Part shown: in pieces, positions 10,495 through 20,819 of the stretch | How the letters are laid out: every line of letters starts with the position of its first letter | Numbering within the stretch: the stretch's first letter is position 1 | Assembly: GCA_040217195.1 (NCBI GenBank) | Contig: JAVJNR010000009.1 | Span: forward strand, 1 to 64,000 | Direction of reading: 5' to 3' | DNA length: 64,000 nt | Source of the DNA: Leptospiraceae bacterium | GTDB lineage: Bacteria; Spirochaetota; Leptospiria; Leptospirales; Leptonemataceae | Program-made: the position numbers and the translations under genes | Notes under the pieces: generated by a model | Told to the model about the DNA's origin: nothing | The model's database searches: none | Seen by the model: the letters and a program-made list of their open reading frames with translations, nothing else

Positions 10495-11370
10495 TTACAT
10501 TTCTCGAAATGCTTTTAGATCTTCCATTAGCTCGGGTAAATTCTCGTAGAATTGCTGCAGATCCTGTTCCTTTAGCTTCAGGGAGTCCAGAGCAGGTTTG
10601 CTTAAAGGCTCGGCCATTCCTCCAGCATCTACGCCAACGCCTGCAGAAAGGGCGATCATGTTGGCAACATGGACAATGGCGGTTAGCTGAGGATTGATCT
10701 TTGCCTTTTCAGGATTATAGTTATACAGGGCTGCCTCAATCAACTCACGCGGAAAATGCCAGATTTTCAGTAAATGCGCTCCCACTTCTCCATGGGTATA
10801 GCCCATATATTTCTTTTCCAGTTCAGTAAACCTTAGTTCCGGGTTGGCCTGCATTTCCATGTCAATCTTGCGATAGATCTTTCGAAAGAAACTGGCCAGA
10901 ACCACTTTGCCCACATCGTGCATGAGGCCTGCTGTAAAGGCCACATCCGGTCCGGCGGCTTTTGTTTTTTCAGCCACTCGAGCGGAGATACCAGCTACCA
11001 GCAAGGAATGATCCCAGAGATCTGAGGCTTCTAATTTGTAGCCTTCAATGTTTTGCTTTAGAATTCCTTTCGATGTGGTTACCAGGACTATATCTTTTAC
11101 AGTGCGAAGTCCAAGGGTAACAATGGCTTCCTGAACCGAGCGAATTTCTCGGGAAGGGGAATAATAAGCTGAATTGGAAAGTCGTATAATGGCGGCCGTC
11201 AATCCAGGATCCCTGGATATTTCCTGCGCCAACTCCTGGAAATTGGCATCCGGGTTGGAAACCATGGAAAGTACTTTCTGAACGATTGAAGGAAAGGAGG
11301 GCAAACCTTCTATGTTCTGAAGTCTGGCTTCAATCTGAGTCTTTATTTCTTCTGCCTGTGCCATAATCAA
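10495..11370 (-). CDS. HDOD domain protein
   Basis: LPSFP, DPGLTAAIIRLSNSAYY, AIVTLGL, LWDHS, AGLMHDVGK, HGEVGAHL..WHFP; ATGA overlap with cheD stop. Confidence 0.92.
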   Translation of the reverse strand: MIMAQAEEIKTQIEARLQNIEGLPSFPSIVQKVLSMVSNPDANFQELAQEISRDPGLTAAIIRLSNSAYYSPSREIRSVQEAIVTLGLRTVKDIVLVTTSKGILKQNIEGYKLEASDLWDHSLLVAGISARVAEKTKAAGPDVAFTAGLMHDVGKVVLASFFRKIYRKIDMEMQANPELRFTELEKKYMGYTHGEVGAHLLKIWHFPRELIEAALYNYNPEKAKINPQLTAIVHVANMIALSAGVGVDAGGMAEPLSKPALDSLKLKEQDLQQFYENLPELMEDLKAFREM

Positions 11371-11843
11371 GTCTTGTAGAGGTATCGCTCCTGGCCGTTG
11401 GCTCTGAGCAGAATTCGCCCGTCGTCCAGATATAGTGTGATGGTTCGACCGAGGTTGCCGCCTACATCCTCCTCTAGAATTGATATTTTTCTGGCTTCCA
11501 GGGTTTCCCTGGTGGCAGATACATTACTCTGACCAATGTTATTGAAGAAACTGGAATGAAGTGCATCGAACATGGAGGCTCCTCCAAAGATTCGTGCAGA
11601 TAGATCGGTGGGTTCTGCTCCCAGCTTCTGAAGGTCAGCCAGTAGCATATCTATGGCGGTGCGCGCATATTTGCCTCGCTGAATTATCCGACCTGCCGGT
11701 GGCTCTGCCAGAAGTACGTGGGAGACTCCACCCACTTTCTTTTTCGCAGAATAAAGGACTATGCCAACGCAGGATCCCAGGGTGGTGCGAATAGCATCCG
11801 GGCTTTTGGCGGCTTTCCACTCGGCCACTCCCAGATGAATCAT
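11367..11843 (-). CDS. cheD: Chemoreceptor glutamine deamidase CheD
   Basis: TTLGSCVGI (catalytic Cys), SHVLL, KYA, IFGGASMF, NIGQSN, EDVGG..GRTI; possible CTG start at 11864. Confidence 0.93.
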   Translation of the reverse strand: MIHLGVAEWKAAKSPDAIRTTLGSCVGIVLYSAKKKVGGVSHVLLAEPPAGRIIQRGKYARTAIDMLLADLQKLGAEPTDLSARIFGGASMFDALHSSFFNNIGQSNVSATRETLEARKISILEEDVGGNLGRTITLYLDDGRILLRANGQERYLYKT

Positions 11844-11954
11844 TTTGCCTTTGAAGTCTTCCAGGAAACCTTCTCCAAAAATTCAGTAGCTAATCAGGGT
11901 GATCTTCGGAAAGTGTTCCAGCAACCCGATTCAATATCAAGTCTTTCTATTTCT

Positions 11955-13313
11955 ATGGCACAAAAAACCGGATCTTTTACGAATACTGAAGCAAAGAGCA
12001 AAATCGAGGGACCTCTCTTTCGATTAAAAACAAAGGAAGCCGATATTCTGGTTCTGGGTACAGCTCATGTATCTCAGCGATCTGTGGAAGATGTTCAGCA
12101 TGCTTTCAAAGAGTTCAAACCGGACAGCGTTTGTGTTGAGTTATGCCGTCCCAGGCATGAAGCCATTAGCGACCCGGAGCGATGGAAGAAGCTGGATCTT
12201 GCCAGAGTCATCCGCCAGAAGAAACTGGCTCTCCTGGTAGCCAATCTCATGCTCAGTGCATTTCAGAAAAAGATTGGTGAGCAGTCGGGTGTGGAACCTG
12301 GTGCTGAGATGAAAGAGGCTCTAACTCTGGCCAGGAAAAATGGAGCCAGGGTAATCCTTGCAGACCGGGAAATCCGGGCCACACTTTCCAGAGCCTGGAA
12401 TAGAGTTGGTTTCTTTCGCAGAATGTGGCTTGGCAGTTATCTTTTATCGTCTCTACTGGTACGCGAAGAAGTGGATCCAGAAGAAGTAGAAAGGCTCAAA
12501 GAAGAAGATGCCTTTGCGGATCTGTTCAAGAGCCTGCCGTCCAGGTATAATAGCATCAAAGAAGTAATCATCGATGAAAGGGATCATTATCTTGCAGAGA
12601 GTATTCGTAGAACAGCTCAAGATCATCCAGAACTGGAAACGGTAACAGATGGAAAAACCGAAACCGAAAAGACCCCGGTTTCTGGCAAGGGAAGTAAGCG
12701 AAAAAAGATTCTGGCAGTGGTTGGGGCTGGCCATCTTCCGGGAATCATGAAAGCTCTGGAAGAGCAGAAGGAAGTTTCCCTTAAAGAGCTTTCCCATGTG
12801 CCAAAAGGAAAACCCATTCGAAGCATCATCGCCTGGGTTGCCTTTTCCGTGGTATTGATCCTTCTGGGTACAACGGTGGCCACAGGTGGAGGCGAAAAAG
12901 CAGTTAAGGAAGCATTGCTGGCCTGGATCTTTTCCAGGAGCTTCTTTGCCGGCCTGGGCGCCATTCTGGCCTTTGCACATCCAGTATCCATTCTGGTAAC
13001 TATCGTTATGGCTCCCATAGTGATCCTTTTTCCCTGGTTCAGGCTATGGATGTTTCCCGCACTTACAGAAAACTGGCTGCGAAAACCCAGGGTGGAAGAT
13101 TTTGAACGAATTGCCGATGATACGGAAACGGCGGGCGGGTTGTTCAGAAGTCTGTACACAAACCGGGTTCTACATCTGATCTGGGTTGTGCTCCTTGTCT
13201 CTCTAGGCCTGACCATCGGCAATCTGGAATTCCTGCGCGTATTGTTTGCGCTGCTATTGAAGCAATGGGGCATAGACCTTCCCACCATCCCATTTCTGGA
13301 ATGGTTTCAGTAA
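11955..13313 (+). CDS. TraB/GumN (pheromone shutdown TraB) family protein
   Basis: LGTAHVS, VCVELC, PGAEM, LADREI, IDERD, AVVGAGHLPG, C-terminal TM helices; ATG 11955 avoids overlap with cheD. Confidence 0.9.
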   Translation: MAQKTGSFTNTEAKSKIEGPLFRLKTKEADILVLGTAHVSQRSVEDVQHAFKEFKPDSVCVELCRPRHEAISDPERWKKLDLARVIRQKKLALLVANLMLSAFQKKIGEQSGVEPGAEMKEALTLARKNGARVILADREIRATLSRAWNRVGFFRRMWLGSYLLSSLLVREEVDPEEVERLKEEDAFADLFKSLPSRYNSIKEVIIDERDHYLAESIRRTAQDHPELETVTDGKTETEKTPVSGKGSKRKKILAVVGAGHLPGIMKALEEQKEVSLKELSHVPKGKPIRSIIAWVAFSVVLILLGTTVATGGGEKAVKEALLAWIFSRSFFAGLGAILAFAHPVSILVTIVMAPIVILFPWFRLWMFPALTENWLRKPRVEDFERIADDTETAGGLFRSLYTNRVLHLIWVVLLVSLGLTIGNLEFLRVLFALLLKQWGIDLPTIPFLEWFQ

Positions 13314-13352
13314 TACCCGCGAAAGCCTTTCTCCAGTAATAATTGAAGACGA

Positions 13353-13358
13353 TTGACA
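13353..13358 (+). promoter_or_regulatory. Sigma70 -35 element
   Basis: Perfect TTGACA about 30 nt upstream of ATG 13387; -10 element not clear. Confidence 0.35.
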
Positions 13359-13386
13359 TAGTTATTGTTCTGGTTTACTGGAGCAT

Positions 13387-14031
13387 ATGGCGCTCATTGG
13401 AGTTCGTTTTCTGTTGCTGGTTGGCGTAGTCTACTTTGCAACCAGTTGCTTCATCGCCCCAAAGTGTCTCCAGTGCGCCCGTGCACTGCCACATCAAGTT
13501 GCTTCTGGAGATCGGTTCCCTCCGGAAGAATACACAACAATTAATGCTGAACGCCTGGCCAGGATTCGACCGGGGCAGACCGGAGAAGATGAGCTGCTTG
13601 AAATCTTTCAGGGTCAGTATCACAGGCAGATGACCATGAACCCGCCCATGCCTCTACCCCGTAACCAGGATACCAGATTGCACCGAATCTACATCTTCAG
13701 GGATGTGGCCTTCTTTACCAGGGATCTGAGTGGCGGCGGGTACCAGATCAAGATGCATGGTTGGCATCATCGTATCTTTCTGGCAGTATATATAAGCGAT
13801 GGGGTAGTTATTTCCTATTCTACGTCCCATGATGAACGTACTGATGAGGATGAGATAGTAGATGGTCCTCTCAATGGTGAGGGTCAGGGCTTTATTATGG
13901 AGCTTTCGGATACGGAACGAGGATGTATTGGGACCTACTACAGGGTAGTTACTTATTATGACCGTCGAGAGAGTGCCGATGATTTGAAAGAATGCTGGTG
14001 GTTTGATGACTACCAGCAAGGCCGGCTGTAG
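13387..14031 (+). CDS. Hypothetical lipoprotein
   Basis: Hydrophobic leader with ATS-C; GGAG SD; RIRPGQT...EL weakly recalls the SmpA/OmlA-like motif. Confidence 0.6.
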   Translation: MALIGVRFLLLVGVVYFATSCFIAPKCLQCARALPHQVASGDRFPPEEYTTINAERLARIRPGQTGEDELLEIFQGQYHRQMTMNPPMPLPRNQDTRLHRIYIFRDVAFFTRDLSGGGYQIKMHGWHHRIFLAVYISDGVVISYSTSHDERTDEDEIVDGPLNGEGQGFIMELSDTERGCIGTYYRVVTYYDRRESADDLKECWWFDDYQQGRL

Positions 14032-14095
14032 TTTCCTACTATGTTGGTGGTTCAAAAACACTTGATCAAATCCTGGAACCTGGCTTGCTAAGGGG

Positions 14096-14941
14096 GTGGC
14101 CCCAACTAAATATCAAATAGGGCCGTTCTGGCGGCCTGAACTTCTGACAAAGAAGAGAACAGATCTGTTCCGGGGGGTGGTATCTATTGCGCTGTTGGCA
14201 GTATCCCTGGGCGGAATTGCCTGCATGGCCCGCTCAGAGCCAGAGAGCCCAATTGAAAACCCTGATCTCTGGACCGTCGGTGCTATCCTCTATTTGTCCA
14301 GTCAGCCAGGACCTCCGCAATATCTTGCCTCGGAATGCACGGATTGGAGCGAGCCTTTAAACTCCGCCTACGAAAATGATTCTAACTGGGGCGATTTCTC
14401 CAGGGATTACAACCAGTACACTACTGTAATCATAGGAGATTCCACCATGGATTATTCGGATAACTATGATGGATTTCTAACTGCTCGGGTGCAGTCTGTT
14501 GCTATCGGAGGAAATACATTATGCGATATGCTAGTTCAGCTTCCTGCAATTAACACTGTATCTCCACAGCACATAGTGATTTCCAGTGCCGGAGGAAATG
14601 ATATCCTTCGCGGGATTTCCAGGTCCAATATGTACAGTGCAGCATCCTTGCTTCTGGATGAGCTGCGAAATCGTTTCCCGGATGCGCAGATCACCGTTGT
14701 GGATGTCCATCCAACGCTTTTGAGCTCATTGAACTCGGAAAAGGAAATTACCAATCCTGCAATCAAAAGCGATGTGGAAGGTAGAAGCAATACCTGCTGG
14801 ATAGAGACTGCACCAATATTTGGAGTCACAGGTTCGGATCCGGCGCCGTCCGGGCTCATGCTGGACAGCATTCATTATAACAGTACAGTCAGTTTCCAGA
14901 TCAAAGATGCGTTGATTTCCGATTGCGCAGTTGTATTCTGA
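14096..14941 (+). CDS. SGNH/GDSL hydrolase family lipoprotein (start uncertain)
   Basis: IIGDS, AIGG, AGGND, DSIH blocks; lipobox GIA-C. Confidence 0.8.
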   Translation: MAPTKYQIGPFWRPELLTKKRTDLFRGVVSIALLAVSLGGIACMARSEPESPIENPDLWTVGAILYLSSQPGPPQYLASECTDWSEPLNSAYENDSNWGDFSRDYNQYTTVIIGDSTMDYSDNYDGFLTARVQSVAIGGNTLCDMLVQLPAINTVSPQHIVISSAGGNDILRGISRSNMYSAASLLLDELRNRFPDAQITVVDVHPTLLSSLNSEKEITNPAIKSDVEGRSNTCWIETAPIFGVTGSDPAPSGLMLDSIHYNSTVSFQIKDALISDCAVVF

Positions 14942-14982
14942 TAACTGCCTACAAAAGCATTCGATCCATTTCCATCCAATAC

Positions 14983-16578
14983 TTACTGTCCTGAACTGGC
15001 CGCCTTTCGCACATCTGCATCCTGAGAGTGCTCCTGCAACTGATAGGCCATTTTCTTAATCCGTTCCAGACTATCTGAGATTTCAGAGGTCTGACGAACC
15101 AACCCGGTGACTCCGCTCTCCATTTCTGCTATTGTGCGAGTGACCCCTTCCGTGCCAGTGCTCTGTTCTCGCGCCAGCTGTTCGATTTCTCTGGAAAGGT
15201 CTGTAAGGTGTTTTAATGCATCTACAAGCTTTCGATTGATGGATTGCTGAGATTCAATTCTGGTGGAAAGGCTGGAGAAGAATTCGTCCACCCTTTCAAT
15301 ACTCTTTTCCTGCTCTCCCACTCTTGATTCCGCTTCGTCAGCGATACGCCCACCTTCCTTGATGAGCCGGGAGCTTTCTCCAATGATGTCAGCGATGCTT
15401 TTTGCATTGGTGGCATTGTTTTCGGCCAGTTTACCCACTTCCTGGGCAACGATTGCAAATCCCCTTCCATGTTCACCGGCCCTGGCCGCTTCAATGGCAG
15501 CATTCAGGGCCAGTAGATTGGTGCGATCGGCAATTTCTGCCATTATTTGATTCACTTCGGATACCCGTGCAAATGAGCTTTCAATACCATCCAGGGTGCT
15601 TCCCAGTTCCCGCACCGCGCCGGATACTTTCTTGCCGGACTCGCGGGCCGTGCCCACTTCCCTGGCAAGGGTGGCCGCTGAATCGTTTACCTCTCCCAGC
15701 AATCGTTCCAGGGTAGTATTGTCCTGGGACATGTTATCGATTCGCTTGTATTGATTGGTGACCAGCTCTGCGGATTTTTCTGAAGTGGAACTCAACTCTT
15801 CCATGGTAGCACTGATTTCTTCAAAAGCAGATGCCTGGCTTTGCATCTCATCGTTGAAGGTGCCCACAAATGTAGTCATACCTCCTACAGCACCTCGAAT
15901 GGCGCTGGCGGTAGCATCCATTTTCTCCCGGGCATCCTCCAGTTCATCCTTTCTGCTATTGGCCCGTACTTTTTCTGCATCGCTTTCCGAGAGTAGATTC
16001 TGAAAGACTCCGGTCATTCGATGCATTACAATCGTAAATGTAATAAAATACAGTGGTAATGAAATCGCCATGTTTCTTGAATAGTAGCCTGCTGAGAACA
16101 TAACGCTGGGATCGGCTGAGATTTGAATTCCATTCAGCATTGCGATGATCGGGGCTGCCACTACCATCAGTGTGGACAGAATTCCGATTCGCACTACATG
16201 GTATCTTTTCTCCAGGTTCAAAGCGGCCGCGGCTGTGAAAATCATGTAGATCAGATAGAAAGGCGCCTGGGGCAGAACTCTGGATACTACTTCCGGTTCA
16301 TCCAGAATGGCACCGAAATGGGCCAGGCCCACGGTAAAGATGTCCAGATAGCTCAGAAATCGGCTCAATCGATTGGATTCAGGGTGTTTGCGGCTCCAGA
16401 GTTCGAAGAAAAAGGTATAGGTACCAAAAATGGAAACCGCCAGGATGTTTAGAGTATTCTGAAGCTGGGTTAATGCACTGAAGGATAGTGCAACAGCGAG
16501 TATCAAGAATATAAGAATGATAAATCGTGTAATCTGAATCCCACGGGCAGCGTACTGACTAATGCTTTTTTCTTTCAT
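14983..16578 (-). CDS. Methyl-accepting chemotaxis protein with multi-TM N-terminus
   Basis: [37 protein letters not shown] hairpin tip; [10 protein letters not shown] methylation helix. Confidence 0.95.
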   Translation of the reverse strand: MKEKSISQYAARGIQITRFIILIFLILAVALSFSALTQLQNTLNILAVSIFGTYTFFFELWSRKHPESNRLSRFLSYLDIFTVGLAHFGAILDEPEVVSRVLPQAPFYLIYMIFTAAAALNLEKRYHVVRIGILSTLMVVAAPIIAMLNGIQISADPSVMFSAGYYSRNMAISLPLYFITFTIVMHRMTGVFQNLLSESDAEKVRANSRKDELEDAREKMDATASAIRGAVGGMTTFVGTFNDEMQSQASAFEEISATMEELSSTSEKSAELVTNQYKRIDNMSQDNTTLERLLGEVNDSAATLAREVGTARESGKKVSGAVRELGSTLDGIESSFARVSEVNQIMAEIADRTNLLALNAAIEAARAGEHGRGFAIVAQEVGKLAENNATNAKSIADIIGESSRLIKEGGRIADEAESRVGEQEKSIERVDEFFSSLSTRIESQQSINRKLVDALKHLTDLSREIEQLAREQSTGTEGVTRTIAEMESGVTGLVRQTSEISDSLERIKKMAYQLQEHSQDADVRKAASSGQ

Positions 16579-16687
16579 AACCTGGATCCCTGTTAAACGG
16601 GGGAGCTCTCCTTATGATAAATACTGATTGCTTGTCTTTCCATCTCAATTTAACTCTTTGATTCTATTAATCCAGGATACCATATAG

Positions 16688-16713
16688 TATTCGGCTGGAG
16701 CCTTCGCATGTTA
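16688..16713 (-). promoter_or_regulatory. Candidate sigma28 promoter for the MCP gene
   Basis: Minus strand TAAC-N14-GCCGAATA versus consensus TAAA-N15-GCCGATAA. Confidence 0.3.
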
Positions 16714-16777
16714 CTAGCATTTCACTGGACACAGTCTTTGAAATGGAAGATTCTTTCGTAGTTCTGTAACTCTATCC

Positions 16778-17602
16778 ATGAAGAATGAAACCAAATCCTC
16801 CACTGCTGATCTCCAGGGACATCTCTTTGTTTTCCCCGGCCGAATACTGTTTCTGGGCCATGGGTTGCATACCGATTTTCACTCCCATCATGCATCGTCT
16901 TTACTTATTTCCATGGAAGAGGATGCTCAATTTGGAATAATGCTGGAGGAGGATGGCCCGTTGTTCAGCCACTCCGGTCTTCTCATCAATCCAGGAAAAA
17001 GACATCGCCTTCTGGGCAATACAGCAAAGATGCTGGTTCTTCAGGTAGTGCCGGAGATGTATCGATTTCCGGCGGAAGATCTTCAAATACTGGACCCTGA
17101 GTTGGTTCGGCAGATCCGGGCCCTGGGCGCCGGGCTTTTTGAATTGGATTGCGATGATGCGTCCCACCGTTTCTTTCAAATGATTGAACTATTTCATCAT
17201 GGAAGTACTTCTGGAACCGGTACTGCGAAAGCACTGGATCCAAGAATAGCGGCCAGCCTGGACCATATACATTCTTCGCTGCCAGAGATACTTTCAATTC
17301 ATGAGCTGGCCATAGGGGCCGATTTATCCGAACATCGATTCATGCATCTGTTCAAAAAACAGGTAGGTATTCCGGTGCGCCGATATGCACTGTGGGCCAG
17401 AATGCAAAAGGCTGCTTTCATGTTAAAGGATGGTAGAACATTGACGGAAGCGGCCCATGAGGCAGGATTCTCGGACTCTGCTCATATGAGTCGCAGCTTC
17501 AAAGAGTTGTTTGGTATTACACCATCTGCTGTGTTTGGAGACAGAGCGTCTGTATCCGCGCGTTTCTGTAATCAGGTCTGGAATCAAGAAAATCGCAGCT
17601 GA
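16778..17602 (+). CDS. AraC family transcriptional regulator
   Basis: HSHHA cupin-like N-terminus; LSEHRFMHLFKKQVG and LTEAAHEAGFSDSAHMSRSFKELFGITPS double HTH. Confidence 0.93.
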   Translation: MKNETKSSTADLQGHLFVFPGRILFLGHGLHTDFHSHHASSLLISMEEDAQFGIMLEEDGPLFSHSGLLINPGKRHRLLGNTAKMLVLQVVPEMYRFPAEDLQILDPELVRQIRALGAGLFELDCDDASHRFFQMIELFHHGSTSGTGTAKALDPRIAASLDHIHSSLPEILSIHELAIGADLSEHRFMHLFKKQVGIPVRRYALWARMQKAAFMLKDGRTLTEAAHEAGFSDSAHMSRSFKELFGITPSAVFGDRASVSARFCNQVWNQENRS

Positions 17603-17628
17603 GCAAAGGACGTTGCTTCAGCTGCGAT
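17592..17628. terminator. Hairpin between convergent araC and DUF962 gene
   Basis: ATCGCAGCTGA/TCAGCTGCGAT perfect 11-bp inverted repeat extended by GCAA/TTGC. Confidence 0.55.
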
Positions 17629-17681
17629 CAGTGGAGTGTTAGGCCGGCCCAGGGGCGCGGGCATGAAGATCTGAGCCCGAA

Positions 17682-18221
17682 TCAGGAGGCCACAGCTTCG
17701 AAAGTTTTCAGTTTTCCCTGTTCTGCCAGAATCTTCTTGATTTCGTTTTCCAGGTCCTTGCGAAAACCCAGTTCAAAGAACACATCTGCCACTACAAATA
17801 GTGGAGCGCTTATCAATGCCTGGAACAGGTTATCAAACAGAGCCGGTCGGTCCTTCTCAAAAATGAAATGACCATAAAACTGAGTGCCCCAGCCCAGAAC
17901 CTGGGCGGTTCCGAAGATAATCCATCCGGTGGTGCTATCCACATTTAGCGAAAGATAATGGGCTGCACCCAGCAGACTTCCGAATAGCAGCGTTGCCGTC
18001 AGTGCAAACACAAAGTCCAGAGTAAAGTAATAGAGAAGTACAGCTGCCGTGAACACCATGGCCACAGTAATAGGTACTCCTTCCAGAACAGGAATATTGA
18101 TCCAGCTAAGGACCAGTAATACTGAAAATGTAATTGTGGGCACACCCACAACATGAATCAGAATGTTTCGCTTCTCTTGATGATAGGCCGAGTAAAAGGC
18201 CATCTGTTTGGCAAATCGCAT
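17682..18221 (-). CDS. DUF962 / Mpo1-like membrane protein
   Basis: YSAYHQ..N..IH..GVP, GW..QFYGH..FEK.RPAL.DNL.QA...APLFV.. Confidence 0.88.
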   Translation of the reverse strand: MRFAKQMAFYSAYHQEKRNILIHVVGVPTITFSVLLVLSWINIPVLEGVPITVAMVFTAAVLLYYFTLDFVFALTATLLFGSLLGAAHYLSLNVDSTTGWIIFGTAQVLGWGTQFYGHFIFEKDRPALFDNLFQALISAPLFVVADVFFELGFRKDLENEIKKILAEQGKLKTFEAVAS

Positions 18222-18392
18222 GAAATCCTCCCCGGGTATTTCCCGTGCTTTATGATCTTATACTACCATTATTGGCTCGGCCTGTCTTGAATAAATGTGC
18301 TATTCAGACGCAAAATCATTTGGGCTGGAAAGCTGTATCGATCGATACAATCGAAAGGCTGAAACGCTCGCCTCTGAGTTCAGCGATTCGGC

Positions 18393-19784
18393 TCAGGGAT
18401 TGACGGATTCATTGTTCAGAGTGCCTCGCTTTAAGGAGGAAATGGACTTCTGTGCACCCGTGCGATTGATTAGCCTTACATCCCCCTGAATCTTCACCTG
18501 AGTATCAAACAACCAGGGGCCTTCAACCGTTAGTGAATGAGCCGAAAGCAGGGAAGGCACTTCCGGGAAATGGGACTCAAAATCCTGAACACTCTTGTAA
18601 TTGTCGTCTAGTTGAACTACCGGCTCAGCGGATGCGCGAAGCACCAGAGCCTGGTTCTCATCCAGCTCGCAGGCATCGCTTCGTCTTACCAGAAGATCGG
18701 CACAATTTTTCACCGGTGCGAATCTCTTTCTGGGAACTCGAATCATTCGGGTGCGGTCGAATTGCCCCACGGCTGCTCCCATGGCAGATTCCAGTTGAAG
18801 CACCGGCTGATCATCAAAGCTTTTCTGATTTACGATTAACGATAGAGATAGCGGCCCGGCTTTAAGTCTATCACGTAGTGACTCCAGGCTTACCCACAGA
18901 TTGTTGATAGAAAAATCCTGGAATCTACTGATATCTTCGAAGTCACTCTTATGGTCAGGAGGTACCTGGGCTGTTTCCAGTAGCTCGATTCGCTTCTGTC
19001 CAGTAAGGCTGCGATACAACACGCCTCCTTTAATGTCCGCTCTGGTTTTTGGAGTTACCTCCATGGCAAAGTCCAGCCCCTCATCAATGATATGGCCTGC
19101 AATTCCGGAATGCATCACGGCGCCCAGGTTATCGCCGTTTGAAATGAATGCATGGCTGAAGCCTTTCTCCAGCAAAGTATCCAGGATGCCAGAAATCCAA
19201 AGAGAGTTATAGATATCTCCATGGCCGGGCGGACACCAGTGGGAGCCATCATTTCCGTCACCCACCGGTAGAAGTGTTTTCGCATCCAGCCTGGGCACCT
19301 GATTCTGGATAAAGTCTGCAGCAAGATGAAGAGAGCTATTTATATCTGAAATGCCAGGATAGTTCAGAGTGTCAGACCTGGTATTGAAGGAGTTCATGAA
19401 TAGAAGCGGGATCTCAAGTGCGGTTTTTTCCCTTAGATGGCGTGCCTGCTTCAGGATAATGTCAAAAAAAGTGGCATCCCGGCGAATATGAATCAATGAC
19501 TTGGCCTGGCTGAGGCCCATGGATGTGCCCAGTCCTCCATTCAATTTGATGATTGCAAATTTTGAGATGGCACTGGTGTCCGAAGGCATAGAAAGGGAAT
19601 CCATTTCCACAATGTCCCGGGGATTCAGATCTCCGATGGTGTTCCAGTCCACCAGGCCGGTGGCTCCATCGTAAACCTTCCTGGTTTTATCCAGAAAATC
19701 CTGAATGCAGATTTCATGAACCGATGCAGATTGCATTCTTTGTTCGATGCTGGATTTAATCTCTTCCCAGGTCGGTCGTTCCAT
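18393..19784 (-). CDS. UTP--glucose-1-phosphate uridylyltransferase, eukaryote-type UDPGP family
   Basis: KLNGGLGTSMG...KS, LFMNSFNT, WCPPGHGD, SNGDNLGA, KTRADIKGG, LLETAQVP, QLESAMG, RFAPVK. Confidence 0.92.
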   Translation of the reverse strand: MERPTWEEIKSSIEQRMQSASVHEICIQDFLDKTRKVYDGATGLVDWNTIGDLNPRDIVEMDSLSMPSDTSAISKFAIIKLNGGLGTSMGLSQAKSLIHIRRDATFFDIILKQARHLREKTALEIPLLFMNSFNTRSDTLNYPGISDINSSLHLAADFIQNQVPRLDAKTLLPVGDGNDGSHWCPPGHGDIYNSLWISGILDTLLEKGFSHAFISNGDNLGAVMHSGIAGHIIDEGLDFAMEVTPKTRADIKGGVLYRSLTGQKRIELLETAQVPPDHKSDFEDISRFQDFSINNLWVSLESLRDRLKAGPLSLSLIVNQKSFDDQPVLQLESAMGAAVGQFDRTRMIRVPRKRFAPVKNCADLLVRRSDACELDENQALVLRASAEPVVQLDDNYKSVQDFESHFPEVPSLLSAHSLTVEGPWLFDTQVKIQGDVRLINRTGAQKSISSLKRGTLNNESVNP

Positions 19785-19837
19785 ATGGTTTCGCTATGAC
19801 CATGGGCCACCTAACTGTCTATGCTTTTTTGCGCAGG

Positions 19838-20233
19838 CTACAGACGTATCCAGACACCACCGCCTGGTAATAGATCCCTGCGAACGAAAGCCAGGTCATA
19901 GCTATCGCTGGAGGGACGAAAGCGCATCCAGAGCTCTATTTCGCGTAGACCTTCCTCTTTCATGGTAAGATCTTCCGCTCGCACCAGGCGTGGCACTGTT
20001 ATCCGGAAATGATAGTAGTAGGTCAGACCAGCTTTTTCCCGGGTCCGGTACACTCCTTTACCTTCTGGATTGGCTTTGATGGCTTTAAGCCTGGCCGGGT
20101 ATCGTTTTTCCCATTCCTGTTTGAGTATTTCTGTTGCCTGCGGATATCCCGGCGCTGCCTGAATTGCTGCAGGGATGAACAGCGCCAGGGTTAGAGCTGT
20201 GCCCGAAAAGATTACTCGCAAGGAGTGATGCAA
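19838..20233 (-). CDS. Hypothetical exported protein
   Basis: TTG start just after the apt stop with GGAG SD; signal peptide ending AIQA. Confidence 0.6.
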   Translation of the reverse strand: MHHSLRVIFSGTALTLALFIPAAIQAAPGYPQATEILKQEWEKRYPARLKAIKANPEGKGVYRTREKAGLTYYYHFRITVPRLVRAEDLTMKEEGLREIELWMRFRPSSDSYDLAFVRRDLLPGGGVWIRL

Positions 20234-20234
20234 T

Positions 20235-20780
20235 TCAATCTCCTTCGAATTCGCAGATCGCGAATACAGGAGTGCCTGCATTTCTTAGTTTCGCAGAACC
20301 GCCCAGATCCGGTAGATCTACTATGCAGGCTGCTTCCACAACTTCAGCCCCCAGGCCATCCAGTAGCTTCAATCCCGCTTCCATGGTTCCTCCGGTGGCG
20401 ATCAAATCATCCATTAGAATAACTCGATCTCCTCTCTGGCAGGCATCCTTGTGAACTTCAATCTCCGCTTCTCCATATTCCAGGGTGTACTTCTGAGATA
20501 TTGTTTCGTATGGCAGTTTGCCTTTTTTCCGAACCGGTACGAAAGATATGTTCAACGCATAGGCAATTGTAACTCCCAGAAGGAATCCCCGGGCATCAAT
20601 GCCTGCAACAACATCAATGTTTTTGTCGATGTATCTTTGAATGAAAGAATCCATGATCCCTCGGAGAGCTTTGGAATCCTGGAAGATGGTAGTAATGTCG
20701 CGAAACATTACACCTTTCTCCGGCCAGTCAGGGATTGTGCGAATCACATCTCGAATGTATTTTTCATCTATTGCATGCAT
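20235..20780 (-). CDS. apt: Adenine phosphoribosyltransferase
   Basis: [43 protein letters not shown]. Confidence 0.97.
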   Translation of the reverse strand: MHAIDEKYIRDVIRTIPDWPEKGVMFRDITTIFQDSKALRGIMDSFIQRYIDKNIDVVAGIDARGFLLGVTIAYALNISFVPVRKKGKLPYETISQKYTLEYGEAEIEVHKDACQRGDRVILMDDLIATGGTMEAGLKLLDGLGAEVVEAACIVDLPDLGGSAKLRNAGTPVFAICEFEGD

Positions 20781-20819
20781 TTAGTTCCTCTTCGGTGTAC
20801 TGGAATTGTAAGTCCGGTG

